This document shows positions 12,246-21,328 of a DNA stretch of 64,000 bases, one piece after another (positions within the stretch are counted from its first letter, which is position 1; every line of letters begins with the position of its first letter). The position numbers were made by a program, and so were the translations under genes. The notes beneath the pieces were generated by a model that was given only the letters and a program-made list of their open reading frames with translations, was not told where the DNA came from and made no database searches. Source of the stretch: an uncultured delta proteobacterium. Its GTDB lineage: Bacteria; Myxococcota; Myxococcia; Myxococcales; Anaeromyxobacteraceae. The stretch is taken from assembly GCA_963814585.1 (NCBI GenBank), contig CAWFDF010000009.1:1-64000 (forward strand). The letters are read 5' to 3'.

Positions 12246-12529
12246 TCGGCGGCCAGGGATGCGCCATCATCAGCTGCCGGAAGTCGTTCATCGAGCCCAG
12301 CTCGTGGCAGCTGGCGGTCTTGCCAATCCGGGACCACGCCATGGCCGGCACTTCGCGCGGTCGGGAGGGCTTGGCCTTGGTGCGCTTTGCAGCCGCTCGG
12401 GGCTCACGCGGGCGTACCGCTCGGTCACGGCAGTTCCTCGCCACCTCGAGCTGCTGCCCCACGAGGGTGCACGAGGTTCTCGTTGGCCAGGATCGGTCCA
12501 GCGAGCGATGGTCCGAAAGGAGGTGGGTC

Positions 12530-13399
12530 ATGCTCGCAGGTTCCGCCGCCCCTCCATCCACGCCCGGGCCCCGCTCACCACCGGGGACGGTCCAGACGCC
12601 CATGGGCAGGTGGGCCTACTCCATTCACGGAGCGCGCCGCCGACCCGACGATCCGGACATCCTCCTCCTGCACGGGCTCTTCATCGACTCCAGCCTCTGG
12701 CGAGCGCAGATCGAGCCCCTGGCTCGCCTCGGACGGGTCGTGGCGCTCGACCTTCCCGGCCACGGCGCGAGCGAGGTGCCCCCACCGTTCGACCTCACGG
12801 AGCACGCGGATGCGCTCGCCGGGGCGCTGCCGGCGATGGGCATCCGGCGCGCAGTGTGCGTGGGCTGGTCGTGGGGGGCGGCGCTGTCCTTGCACCTCGC
12901 CCTCCGCCACCCTGGACTCGTGACCGCACTCGCCCTGCTCGACGCCAGCGCCGAGGCTCAGACGCCGTACCGCAAGTCGAAGTACCGGCTGCTCGTCGCC
13001 TTCGTTCATCGCTTCGGGCTGCCGCCGTGGCTGGCGCGCTCCCAGATCGCCCCGCTCATGCTGGCTCGACGGTCGCGGCGGGAGCGCCCGGAGTTGGTGG
13101 AGGAGTTCGTCCGAAGCGCCACCTCGCTGCCCCGTGACGCGCTGGTCCGCGCGGCCCTGGCGGTCGCCATCAGGGCACCGGACATCCTCGGGCGCCTCGG
13201 AGCGGTGATGGTTCCCACCCTGGTCCTCTGCGGCAGGGAGGACCGCGGCTATCCGCCCTCGCTGGGCCAGCACATCGCTGCCGCCGTCGCGGGCGCGCGC
13301 TTCGAGTGGATCGAGGGGGCGGGCCACCTGGCACCGATGGAGCGACCGGAGGAGGTGAACCGCCACCTGGTCCCCTTCGTCGCGTCGCAGCTGGCGTGA
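12530..13399 (+). CDS. Alpha/beta hydrolase
   Basis: LLLHG, DLPGHG, GWSWG nucleophile elbow, GRED, GAGHL. Confidence 0.88.
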   Translation: MLAGSAAPPSTPGPRSPPGTVQTPMGRWAYSIHGARRRPDDPDILLLHGLFIDSSLWRAQIEPLARLGRVVALDLPGHGASEVPPPFDLTEHADALAGALPAMGIRRAVCVGWSWGAALSLHLALRHPGLVTALALLDASAEAQTPYRKSKYRLLVAFVHRFGLPPWLARSQIAPLMLARRSRRERPELVEEFVRSATSLPRDALVRAALAVAIRAPDILGRLGAVMVPTLVLCGREDRGYPPSLGQHIAAAVAGARFEWIEGAGHLAPMERPEEVNRHLVPFVASQLA

Positions 13400-13468
13400 C
13401 CGGCGGCTGGTGAGCCTGCCAGCGGGCTGCTCGTGCCGGGCGGCTCGTCGAGGGGCGGCACGGCCCAG

Positions 13469-14497
13469 TCAGAACCTCGAGAACGCCTCGACCCGGGCGC
13501 CGAAGGCGACGAGGCGCATGTCGGGGCCGAAGGCGCACGGATACCCGGACGCCTGGATGCTGGCGCCGGACATGATGTTCCACACCACCGTCCCATCGAG
13601 GAAGCAGGAGGCGGAGAGGTACTGCCCGTCGGGGCTCCACAGGACCCTGTCCGTGCCGGGCGGCACGGGGAGCGGCGTGACGCGCTTCATGGAATCGACG
13701 TCCCAGACGTCGAGGGCTGACGACCCGAGCACGACGATCCTTCGCGCGTCGGGGCTCCACGCCACCGCCCTGGTACCCTCCCGCATCTCGATCTCGCGCT
13801 CGGCTCCGGTCTCGATCTCGCGCAGCCAGGTGCTCGACTCGAAGCCGTGCCACGCCAGCCGCTTCCCGTCGGGGCTGTAGGAGACACGCACCCACCCGGT
13901 CGGCTTCACGACGAACCTCGCGACCTCCTCCCGGGACTCCACGTCGAGGATCCGGACCGTCTGGTCCCAGGCGCCCACCGCCAGGCGGCTGCCGTCCGGA
14001 CTCCAGGAGACCGACGAGACCTTGCCGTGGACATGGGCGAACACGTGCTCGATGGCGCCGGTCCGCGCCTCGCGAACCTCGACGCGCCCATCGGCCCATC
14101 CGGCGAGGGCGAGCCTCCGCCCGTCCGGGCCGAACTCGCCCACGAGGTACCCCTGGACGACGAGGATCTCGCCACCGTGGCGGTCGAGGATCTCGACGGC
14201 CTGACCCGTCATCGCCAGCAGTCGCTCGCCGTCCGGGCTCCACCGGACCTCGGTGATGGGAGGAGTCCGCGTGCAGTGCAGGGTCGCGACCTGGCCGGTC
14301 TGCGCGTCGGTGGCGTACAGGCACCCGTCGAGCGTGACGTGCACGAGCTGCAGCCCATCCGGGCTCCACGCTACCGACCTTGGCTCCAGGTTCCAGTCTC
14401 GCTGCGGGCGGGCCTTCGAGCGCAGGGCGGCGCCGTACAGGAAGTCCGCACAGGCCGCCAGGAGCGGCAGCGCGAGCAGCAGGCCCCTCGCCATCAT
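13469..14497 (-). CDS. WD40/beta-propeller repeat protein, probable lipoprotein
   Basis: Repeated WSPDG blades; LLAAC lipobox. Confidence 0.8.
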   Translation of the reverse strand: MMARGLLLALPLLAACADFLYGAALRSKARPQRDWNLEPRSVAWSPDGLQLVHVTLDGCLYATDAQTGQVATLHCTRTPPITEVRWSPDGERLLAMTGQAVEILDRHGGEILVVQGYLVGEFGPDGRRLALAGWADGRVEVREARTGAIEHVFAHVHGKVSSVSWSPDGSRLAVGAWDQTVRILDVESREEVARFVVKPTGWVRVSYSPDGKRLAWHGFESSTWLREIETGAEREIEMREGTRAVAWSPDARRIVVLGSSALDVWDVDSMKRVTPLPVPPGTDRVLWSPDGQYLSASCFLDGTVVWNIMSGASIQASGYPCAFGPDMRLVAFGARVEAFSRF

Positions 14498-14540
14498 GCG
14501 ATAGCTCGCTCCTGCGGCAGTCATTGGCCGCACGACCGCA

Positions 14541-15532
14541 TCACCGCCTTCCCGGCGCCAGGAGGCCCTCCGTCACCATCCAGCGGTGGCAGTCCTCCAG
14601 GATCTCCCGGAGCGGCACCGGCCGGTAGCCGAGCTCCCGGACCGCCTTGCTGCAGTCGAAGGTGCACTCCATGGCGAGGATCTCCGCGCCCTCCGGGGTG
14701 ATGGCGGGCTCTCTCCCCGTGACCAGCGAGGCGAGGTGCATGGTCCTCCCCACGCCGCGGAGCAGCCACGTCGGCATGGTCCGGCGCGGCCCCGGGCGGC
14801 CCACCAGCTCGCCGATGATCCGGAGCGCCTCGAGCCAGGTCGCATCGGCGCCGGCGAGGATGTAGTTCTCGCCCGAGGGGCCGAGGCGGCTGGCCGCGAT
14901 GTTCGCGCGAGCGACCTCGCGAACGTGGGCCCAGGAGTTCCGGCCCGAGGGTGCCAGCGGCAGCTGGCCGTCCTGGACCATCCGGAACAGGCGCGACCAG
15001 GTGTGGCGGTCGTGGGGCCCGGTGAAGACGGCCTGGTTCATGATGACGGCGTCGAGCCCGCGCGCCAGCCCGCGCCGGACCTCCTGCTCGCCCTCCCACT
15101 TCGTCCTGAAGGTCAGCACCCGCGAGGACGAGGCGGTGGACGGGGTCTCCTCGGTGATCCCCTCGCCGTGCTCGCCGATGGTCCCTGCCGTCGAGGTCTG
15201 CACCAGGCGCCTGGCGCGGCGCGCGAGCGCCGCCGCGACCACGTTTCGCGTGCCCTCCACGTGCACGCGCGCTTCCGCTCGTCGTTCCGCGCCCACACCG
15301 AGGTGTCCCCGGCGAGGTTGAAGACGACGTCGACGCCAGATGGCATGGCCCGGAGCACCGAGTCGAGATCCGTGACGTCACCCGTCACGCGCTCGACCGG
15401 CAGGGCTGCCAGGTCGTCCAGCCTCGACGTCGCCCGGTGCATGGCCACCACGCGCCAGCCCTCGGCCACCAGCTCGCCGACGAGGTTGGTGCCCAGGCAC
15501 CCGGTCGCGCCGGTCACGAAGGCGGTGGCCAC
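14541..15532 (-). CDS. NAD-dependent epimerase/dehydratase (extended SDR), one frameshift near 15270
   Basis: VTGATGCLG, VFNLAG, NVEGT-like HVEGT, GENYILAG, KAVRELGY across two frames. Confidence 0.8.
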
Positions 15533-15772
15533 GCCCCGAGGGTGCGCTTCCCGGGGGCTGGACGCACGCACCTGCCCGGGTCACAGCCCCGAACGAGCGC
15601 CAGGAGCCGGTGCGACTTCGCGCGATCGGGTCATGCGCAGCGGGTTCCCCCGAGCGCGAGGCCTCGTCCGGACAGGTGTCGCTTGAATCTCGAGGTGACA
15701 GCGTGGATCGGGCCAGCCTCAGGGAGGCAAGCTGCTCGACGGTCCACTCGCTCTGGAACCACGGGGGCCACG

Positions 15773-16582
15773 ATGGTGCAGGTGGATGTCTTCTGGTCCT
15801 ACGGGATCGGCGCGGGTCTCGGGCTCGCGAGCGCACCGGGCGCGGGGTCGCGCCTGCGCGACCTGGTGAAGGAGGGGCCGGCATTTCACACCGTCCTCTT
15901 CCTGGCGGTCGTGCTGGCCCCCGCGGGCTTCGTGGCCCTGTGGAGCAATCCATCCTGGCAGACCATGCACGCCGGCACGCGAGAGCTGCCGGCGTGGATC
16001 GTGGCGCTGTTCGGAATCACCAACGTCACCCAGGGCCTGGTCGGCTTCTGGGTGGCGCGGTGGCTCTACGTCAGGGGCCGGCCCTTCGCCGCCTACCTGC
16101 AGTGGGTGCTCGGCTACTTCCTCCTGTACTTCATCCTGGTGCATGGATGGGACGGCACGGGATACCAGCGCTTCTTCTCGCCGACGAGGGCGTCGCTCGA
16201 GGGGTGGACCTGGGCGACGGCGCTCACCTGGCTGGTCTCCGACGTCGCCCTGCTGCTGCTGGTCATGCTCCTCGTCATGGTGCCCTGGCTCCTGGGGCTC
16301 ATGGTCCCGTGGCTGCGGGCCGGCGCGCGCGCGAGGGGCCTGGAGCCTTCGAGGCCCGCCGCCGTGTCGGTGTCGGTGCTGGTCCTGCTGCTCGTGGCGC
16401 TGCCGGCGCTCGCCGTGGTGTCGAGCCTGATGGTGAGGTGGCTGGGGGTCGCGGGCGGCGCCCTGGGTACGGCAGCGCTCTTCGCGGCGCTCTCATCCCG
16501 GCGCTTCGGCCCACTTCGCCGACACTTCGAGTCGCTGGGCCTCTCCGCCCGACACGGGTCCCATTCGACCCCATCGACCTAG
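15773..16582 (+). CDS. Uncharacterised polytopic membrane protein
   Basis: MVQVDVFWSYGIG start, about seven hydrophobic segments, HGWDGTGYQRF loop. Confidence 0.7.
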   Translation: MVQVDVFWSYGIGAGLGLASAPGAGSRLRDLVKEGPAFHTVLFLAVVLAPAGFVALWSNPSWQTMHAGTRELPAWIVALFGITNVTQGLVGFWVARWLYVRGRPFAAYLQWVLGYFLLYFILVHGWDGTGYQRFFSPTRASLEGWTWATALTWLVSDVALLLLVMLLVMVPWLLGLMVPWLRAGARARGLEPSRPAAVSVSVLVLLLVALPALAVVSSLMVRWLGVAGGALGTAALFAALSSRRFGPLRRHFESLGLSARHGSHSTPST

Positions 16583-16746
16583 GAAACATCTCAGGACCCC
16601 GTGTGCGCGTCCGTAGGGACGGGACCCTGCCTCGTCCGTGGGTTTCGCGCTGACAGGCCGCGACGTACCTTGAGCCCGATGCGCTGGCCACCCAGGAGGC
16701 GACCGCGAGGGTCGAACCAGGCGTTCCGTCCGGAGGTCTTCCTGCC

Positions 16747-18036
16747 ATGACTCGCCGCGCGCTTCCCACCGCCCTCCTCGCCACCCTGTGCGCCGCCGCC
16801 TGCGGATGTGCAGCCCAGCAGGCCGGGCCAGCCGGGGACGTCCAGACCGCCCCGGTCATCACCTCCTTCACGGCCACCCCCTCCTCCATCACCTCCGGGG
16901 GCTCGTCCACCCTGGCCTGGAGCGTGAGCGGCGCCACCTCGCTCTCCCTCGATCAGGGTGTGGGCCCGGTCACCGGCACCAGCATTCCGGTCAGCCCGTC
17001 CGCGACCACCACCTACACGCTCACCGCCACCAACGCCGCGGGGAGCTCCACCGCTGCCGTCACCGTCACCGTGACCGGCGGCGGGGCGATCGGCGACTGC
17101 AACGGCGCCACGACCCAGCTCTTCCCGCCCGGTGCGCCCTGGAACCAGGCCATCGACGGGGCCGCCCTCGACGCCGAGTCGGGCACGATCATCGCCTACC
17201 TGGCGGCCAACCACACCGCCAGCGCCCGGTTCCAGATCACCTTCGACTTCAACCTCCTGGTCGCCGACGGCAGCACCCCGCACCGCGCCTTCGCCACCAC
17301 GGGTGACTTCTTCAGCCCCGACTGCGACCCGGCGCCCGTGCCGGTGCCGGCGGGTGGCCGGCTGGAAGGCGAGACCGACTACGCCTGTGCCTCCGACGGC
17401 GACTGCCACCTGACGGTGATCGACCGCTCGACCTGCCGCCTGCACGAGCTGTGGCGCGCCAACCTCGCGGGCGGAACCTCGACCGGCACGTTCACCAGCG
17501 GCTGCCAGGCCATCTGGGACCTCTCCGCGGTGCCTCCGGCCACGGGCCGGGGCGACTTCTGCACCAGCGCCGACGCCGCCGGGCTCCCCATCGTGCCGCT
17601 GGTCTTCACCGCCGACGAGGTGGCGAGCGGCACCATCGACCATGCCATCCGCTTCATCCTCCCCAACTCGCTCATCCGGGCCGACGTCTACGTCCGCCCC
17701 GGAACGCACTCGACCAGCGCGACCAGCGGTGGCCCCGCTGCGCCGCCGTACTCGGCCCGCCTGCGGCTCAAGGCGTCCAGGGACCTCTCCGGCCTGGGCG
17801 CCGGGGCCAGGGTCATCGCCCAGGCCTTGAAGAGGTACGGCATGTTCCTGGCCGACGGCGGGAACGTGACCTTCACCGCGGCCACCGACGCGCTCACCGC
17901 CCACACCTGGAGCGCGGTCGGCGTCGATTCCGGCAGCCTCAAGGGCCTGTCCTGGAGCGACTTCGAGGTGGTCGAGCTGGGTCCCCGGATCGACTACGGC
18001 ACGGGGAGCTGCAGCCGGACCCCCATCACCCGGTAG
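16747..18036 (+). CDS. Secreted lipoprotein with Thr/Ser-rich Ig-like module and uncharacterised C-terminal domain
   Basis: Signal peptide with Cys, APVITSF..TTTYTLTATN module, SADAAGLPI..DEV..G.IDHAIRF; GGAGG RBS. Confidence 0.8.
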   Translation: MTRRALPTALLATLCAAACGCAAQQAGPAGDVQTAPVITSFTATPSSITSGGSSTLAWSVSGATSLSLDQGVGPVTGTSIPVSPSATTTYTLTATNAAGSSTAAVTVTVTGGGAIGDCNGATTQLFPPGAPWNQAIDGAALDAESGTIIAYLAANHTASARFQITFDFNLLVADGSTPHRAFATTGDFFSPDCDPAPVPVPAGGRLEGETDYACASDGDCHLTVIDRSTCRLHELWRANLAGGTSTGTFTSGCQAIWDLSAVPPATGRGDFCTSADAAGLPIVPLVFTADEVASGTIDHAIRFILPNSLIRADVYVRPGTHSTSATSGGPAAPPYSARLRLKASRDLSGLGAGARVIAQALKRYGMFLADGGNVTFTAATDALTAHTWSAVGVDSGSLKGLSWSDFEVVELGPRIDYGTGSCSRTPITR

Positions 18037-18068
18037 TCGCCACCGGCCCCGTCGACGACGGCGCCACG

Positions 18069-18713
18069 TCAGGTTCGCGGCCCGCGGCGCCCTTCCCCTG
18101 CCGCCGCGCCCCAGCGGAACTCGAAGGATGCGTCACGGGAGGCGTGGTCGCGGGGCAGCAGCTCCACGCGGCCTGACCTCTCTGCCACGACCAGCAGGGC
18201 GGAGAGGGCATGGCTCACGGCGCGGAGCCAGGCCGGGTCCTCGACGCAGACCGCGGGCAGCCCCGAGGCGTCGAGCCGGATCCGGTCCCGGCTCGAGCCG
18301 AGCTCGCCGACGGACCAGGTGCCGACCCCGCGGTAGAGCATGAGCAGGCCCTTGGGCACCCAGCGCACCAGCCTGGCCGGGTCGAGGCCAAGGACCTCGG
18401 TGGCGATGCGGAGCATGGTCTCGAGCAGCGGGCCCTGCAAGGAGGCCAGCCCCTGGTCCCGGTAGTACCAATCGGCCTCGTCGGCGCCCATGGCCTCGTA
18501 GAGGATCCGCGCCATGGTGACGTCATGCTCGACGGGGAGCCAGTCGAGCCCGCTGGCCTGGTCCACCTCGCGCAGCAGCTCGGACGGGAGCCTGGCCACC
18601 AGCACGGCGCCGTCGGGGCGGGCCGCCACCGCCGCGATGTTGATCTTGAGGTGTCGGCCCCGCACGACGGGCGGCTGGTCGGGCATGGAGCCATGGTGCA
18701 CATGGGGACCCAT
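18069..18713 (-). CDS. Hypothetical protein (resembles myxobacterial DUF2378-type family); start may be 18688
   Basis: 214 aa ORF with plausible codon usage; WLPVE motif and C-terminal FEFRW. Confidence 0.55.
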   Translation of the reverse strand: MGPHVHHGSMPDQPPVVRGRHLKINIAAVAARPDGAVLVARLPSELLREVDQASGLDWLPVEHDVTMARILYEAMGADEADWYYRDQGLASLQGPLLETMLRIATEVLGLDPARLVRWVPKGLLMLYRGVGTWSVGELGSSRDRIRLDASGLPAVCVEDPAWLRAVSHALSALLVVAERSGRVELLPRDHASRDASFEFRWGAAAGEGRRGPRT

Positions 18714-18868
18714 GGCTGCCTCCCCCGACCGGGCGGGGTATCCAGGACGCCACCCCGGCAGGAGAGAGGTGAGCCGCGGTCGGGCGTGGCTCCCACCCCC
18801 CCGGGACCTCGCGTCGACCGGGTCTCGCGGGGGCCGCTCGACTAGGTTGCACCTCGAGGTGCTCCGCG

Positions 18869-19327
18869 ATGCACTCGAAGGCCACCACGCCAGCCCGCTA
18901 CGTGGCCGCGCTGCCGGCCGATCGGCGGGATGCCGTCCGGAAGCTGCGCGCCACCCTGAGGAAGCACCTGCCCAGGGGCTTCGAGGAGACCATGGCGTAC
19001 GGCATGCTCGCCTACGTGGTACCGCACCGCCTCTTCCCTGCCGGCTACCACTGCGACCCCTCGCAGCCGCTGCCGTTCGTCAGCCTGGCCTCGCAGAAGC
19101 AGTACGTGTCGCTCTACCACATGGGCCTGTACGGCGGCCCGCTGCTGGCGTGGCTGAGGGCCGAATGGCCGAGGCACACCGCGGCCAGGCTCGACCTCGG
19201 GAAGTGCTGCCTCCGGCTCCGGCGGCTCGACCAGATCCCCTACCGGCTCATCGGCGAGCTGGCCGCGCGGGTGACACCGGCCGAGTGGATCGAGACCTAC
19301 CGGCGCGCGCTCGCCGGTCGGCGCTAG
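18869..19327 (+). CDS. DUF1801-family protein
   Basis: GFEETMAYGM, YHCDP..PLPF.SLASQK.YVSLY, LDLGKCCLR. Confidence 0.8.
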   Translation: MHSKATTPARYVAALPADRRDAVRKLRATLRKHLPRGFEETMAYGMLAYVVPHRLFPAGYHCDPSQPLPFVSLASQKQYVSLYHMGLYGGPLLAWLRAEWPRHTAARLDLGKCCLRLRRLDQIPYRLIGELAARVTPAEWIETYRRALAGRR

Positions 19328-19509
19328 GACCTGCCAGGCCCGAGCCGACCTGGATCGTCGGGCCCCGCGCCACGGGAGCAGGCGCACCCACCCCCAGGAA
19401 GGGCCCGGCCCGCCGGGCGCTACACAGGGCCGCAGCCCCAACTGGTGGCGCGCCGCGCACCCGGGCCAGGTGGATCCTTCGAGTCCACGCACCACGGGAG
19501 GCGGAACAC

Positions 19510-19827
19510 ATGAGAGCGATGACCATGGCTGGACTCGGGCTCGCGACGGCCCTCTTCACCGGTTGCGCCACCGAGTCGTCCTTGAAGCCGAAGTTCGACG
19601 CGCTGGACGATCGCATCAGCAAGCTCGAGGGCCGGATCGCCGATCTGGACAGGAAGGTCGACGCCCAGGCGGCGCAGCTGCCGGCGGCCAAGGCCGACGC
19701 GCAGCGGGCCGAGGACGCCGCCAGGCGCGCCGAGGCCTCCGCGACCGCGTCGGAGGACGCCGCCAGGCGCGCCGAGGCGTCCGCGGCCAAGGCCGCGAAG
19801 GCCTTCGAGCTCAAGCAGCGCAAGTAG
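19510..19827 (+). CDS. Lpp/OprI-like alanine-zipper lipoprotein (105 aa) ending in Lys
   Basis: GGAGG RBS, LFTGC lipobox, heptad coiled coil, C-terminus AFELKQRK. Confidence 0.8.
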   Translation: MRAMTMAGLGLATALFTGCATESSLKPKFDALDDRISKLEGRIADLDRKVDAQAAQLPAAKADAQRAEDAARRAEASATASEDAARRAEASAAKAAKAFELKQRK

Positions 19828-19834
19828 CGGCGGC

Positions 19835-20689
19835 CTACCGGCCGACGTCCACCGGGGTGCCGGTCCTCTCCCGGGCGGCGGCCTCGAGCTTCGCGGCGTC
19901 CACGCGGCCGAGCAGCCCGCGGCGGTCGAGTTGCCGCCGCGCCTCCTGCAGGGGGTTCACCCGGGCCTCGTCGTCCCGGTGGATCTCCACGTGGACGCGC
20001 CCCTCCGAGACGCCCACCTTGACGGGCTCCCGGACCACCCGCACCGGGGTGCCCACCGGCACCAGCTCGTAGAGGATCGGGATGTCTTCCGGGTAGAGCC
20101 GGATGCACCCGTGGCTCACCCGCCGGCCCACACCCAGCGGCCGGTTGGTGCCGTGGATGAGGATGGTCCCGACGTCGAGCCGGAGCGCGTGGGTCCCGAG
20201 CGGGTTGTCGGGGCCGGGCGGCACGACCTCCGGCAGGTCGGGCTCCTCCTTCCTCACCGCGCGGGGGACGTACCAGGTCGGATTGGTCTCCTTCGACAGC
20301 ACGCGGTAGGTCCCGAGCGGCGTCGACGCTCCGGTGACGCCGATGCCGACCGGAAAGGTGACCAGCCGGCCCTGGCCGCCCTGCCCCGCCTCCAGGTAGA
20401 GCCGCATCTCGGAGAGGTTGACCAGGACGATCCCCGGGTCGAGCTCGGGGACGATCCACGCCGTGGGGAGCACCACCCGGGCGCCCACCGTGGGCACGTA
20501 GGGATCCAGCCCCGGGTTCGCCGCCGCGATCTCGCCGAACCCGAGGTCGTACCGGCGGGCCATCTCGATGAGGGAGTCGCCCTCCGCCACCAGCCCGGTG
20601 CCGACGGTCCCGGCCAGCTGGCCGCTTCGAGGCGGTCCGCCGTCGAGCGCCAGCGACCACCCCAGCACCACCATGAGGACAGGGCGCAT
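19835..20689 (-). CDS. L,D-transpeptidase (ErfK/YbiS/YnhG type)
   Basis: LysM-like ARRYDLG..EIAAANPG, NPTWYVP, PPGPDNPLG, IHGTN..VSHGCIRL catalytic motif. Confidence 0.92.
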   Translation of the reverse strand: MRPVLMVVLGWSLALDGGPPRSGQLAGTVGTGLVAEGDSLIEMARRYDLGFGEIAAANPGLDPYVPTVGARVVLPTAWIVPELDPGIVLVNLSEMRLYLEAGQGGQGRLVTFPVGIGVTGASTPLGTYRVLSKETNPTWYVPRAVRKEEPDLPEVVPPGPDNPLGTHALRLDVGTILIHGTNRPLGVGRRVSHGCIRLYPEDIPILYELVPVGTPVRVVREPVKVGVSEGRVHVEIHRDDEARVNPLQEARRQLDRRGLLGRVDAAKLEAAARERTGTPVDVGR

Positions 20690-20757
20690 CCACACCTTCC
20701 ATGGCAACCGGCCTGGCAGGGCGTCAAGCCGCGACGCCTGTCGGGGCCCGCGATCCC

Positions 20758-21129
20758 TCAGCCGGGAACGTACGGCACGGGGATCTCGAGCTCGCCGTCT
20801 CCCTCCGGAAAGGTCATCTGGAAGGTGCCCTCGAGCGCGTCGGCGGCGCGCCGGGCGATGGCCTCCCGGTCCGGATCGATCTCGACCTTCCAGCCCCTCG
20901 CGGCGATCGAGTCGAGGAGCTCGAGCAGCTGGCGGCCGCTCAGCCCGATGACCAGGGAGAGCGCCAGGTTGCTGAACATCTTGAAGTCGAGGATGTCCCC
21001 GCGGCTGCGGTGGACCGCGTCCTTGCCGTGGTCGATGGCCTGGATCCGCGGCTCGTTCACCACCGCGCGCACGTGGAAGTCCCTGGCCCGCTCGATCTTC
21101 TTCCAGTACGCCCCGAGGTCCCCGGACAT
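20758..21129 (-). CDS. Hypothetical protein (123 aa)
   Basis: ORF with GC3-biased codons upstream of the L,D-transpeptidase. Confidence 0.6.
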   Translation of the reverse strand: MSGDLGAYWKKIERARDFHVRAVVNEPRIQAIDHGKDAVHRSRGDILDFKMFSNLALSLVIGLSGRQLLELLDSIAARGWKVEIDPDREAIARRAADALEGTFQMTFPEGDGELEIPVPYVPG

Positions 21130-21199
21130 GCCCGATCTTCCGTAGCACGGGGGGCGGCCGGGGCGCTGCGCCACGAAGCCGCAGGACGGGCCAAGTGCC

Positions 21200-21328
21200 T
21201 CAGTTGCAGCGCAGCAGGTCCGCCGCCACCTCGCCGGTGAAGCCCGGCTCCAGGTAGGAGACGAAGGCCCAGAGCGCGACCAGGGCGATGAGCGTCCAGG
21301 CGCAGGCCCTGAGGATGGTGCCGATCAC
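21200..21328 (-). CDS. 42 aa single-TM microprotein coupled to the MFS gene
   Basis: GTGA overlap with the MFS stop; VIGTILRACAWTLIALVALWAFVSYLEPGFTGEVAADLLRCN. Confidence 0.6.
   Translation of the reverse strand: MIGTILRACAWTLIALVALWAFVSYLEPGFTGEVAADLLRCN

Noticed and set aside
11816..13399. 527 aa ORF as a HepT-hydrolase fusion
   Set aside because: The N-terminal part overlaps the LysR gene and cidA fragment and is mostly non-protein-like; the hydrolase has its own RBS and ATG at 12530
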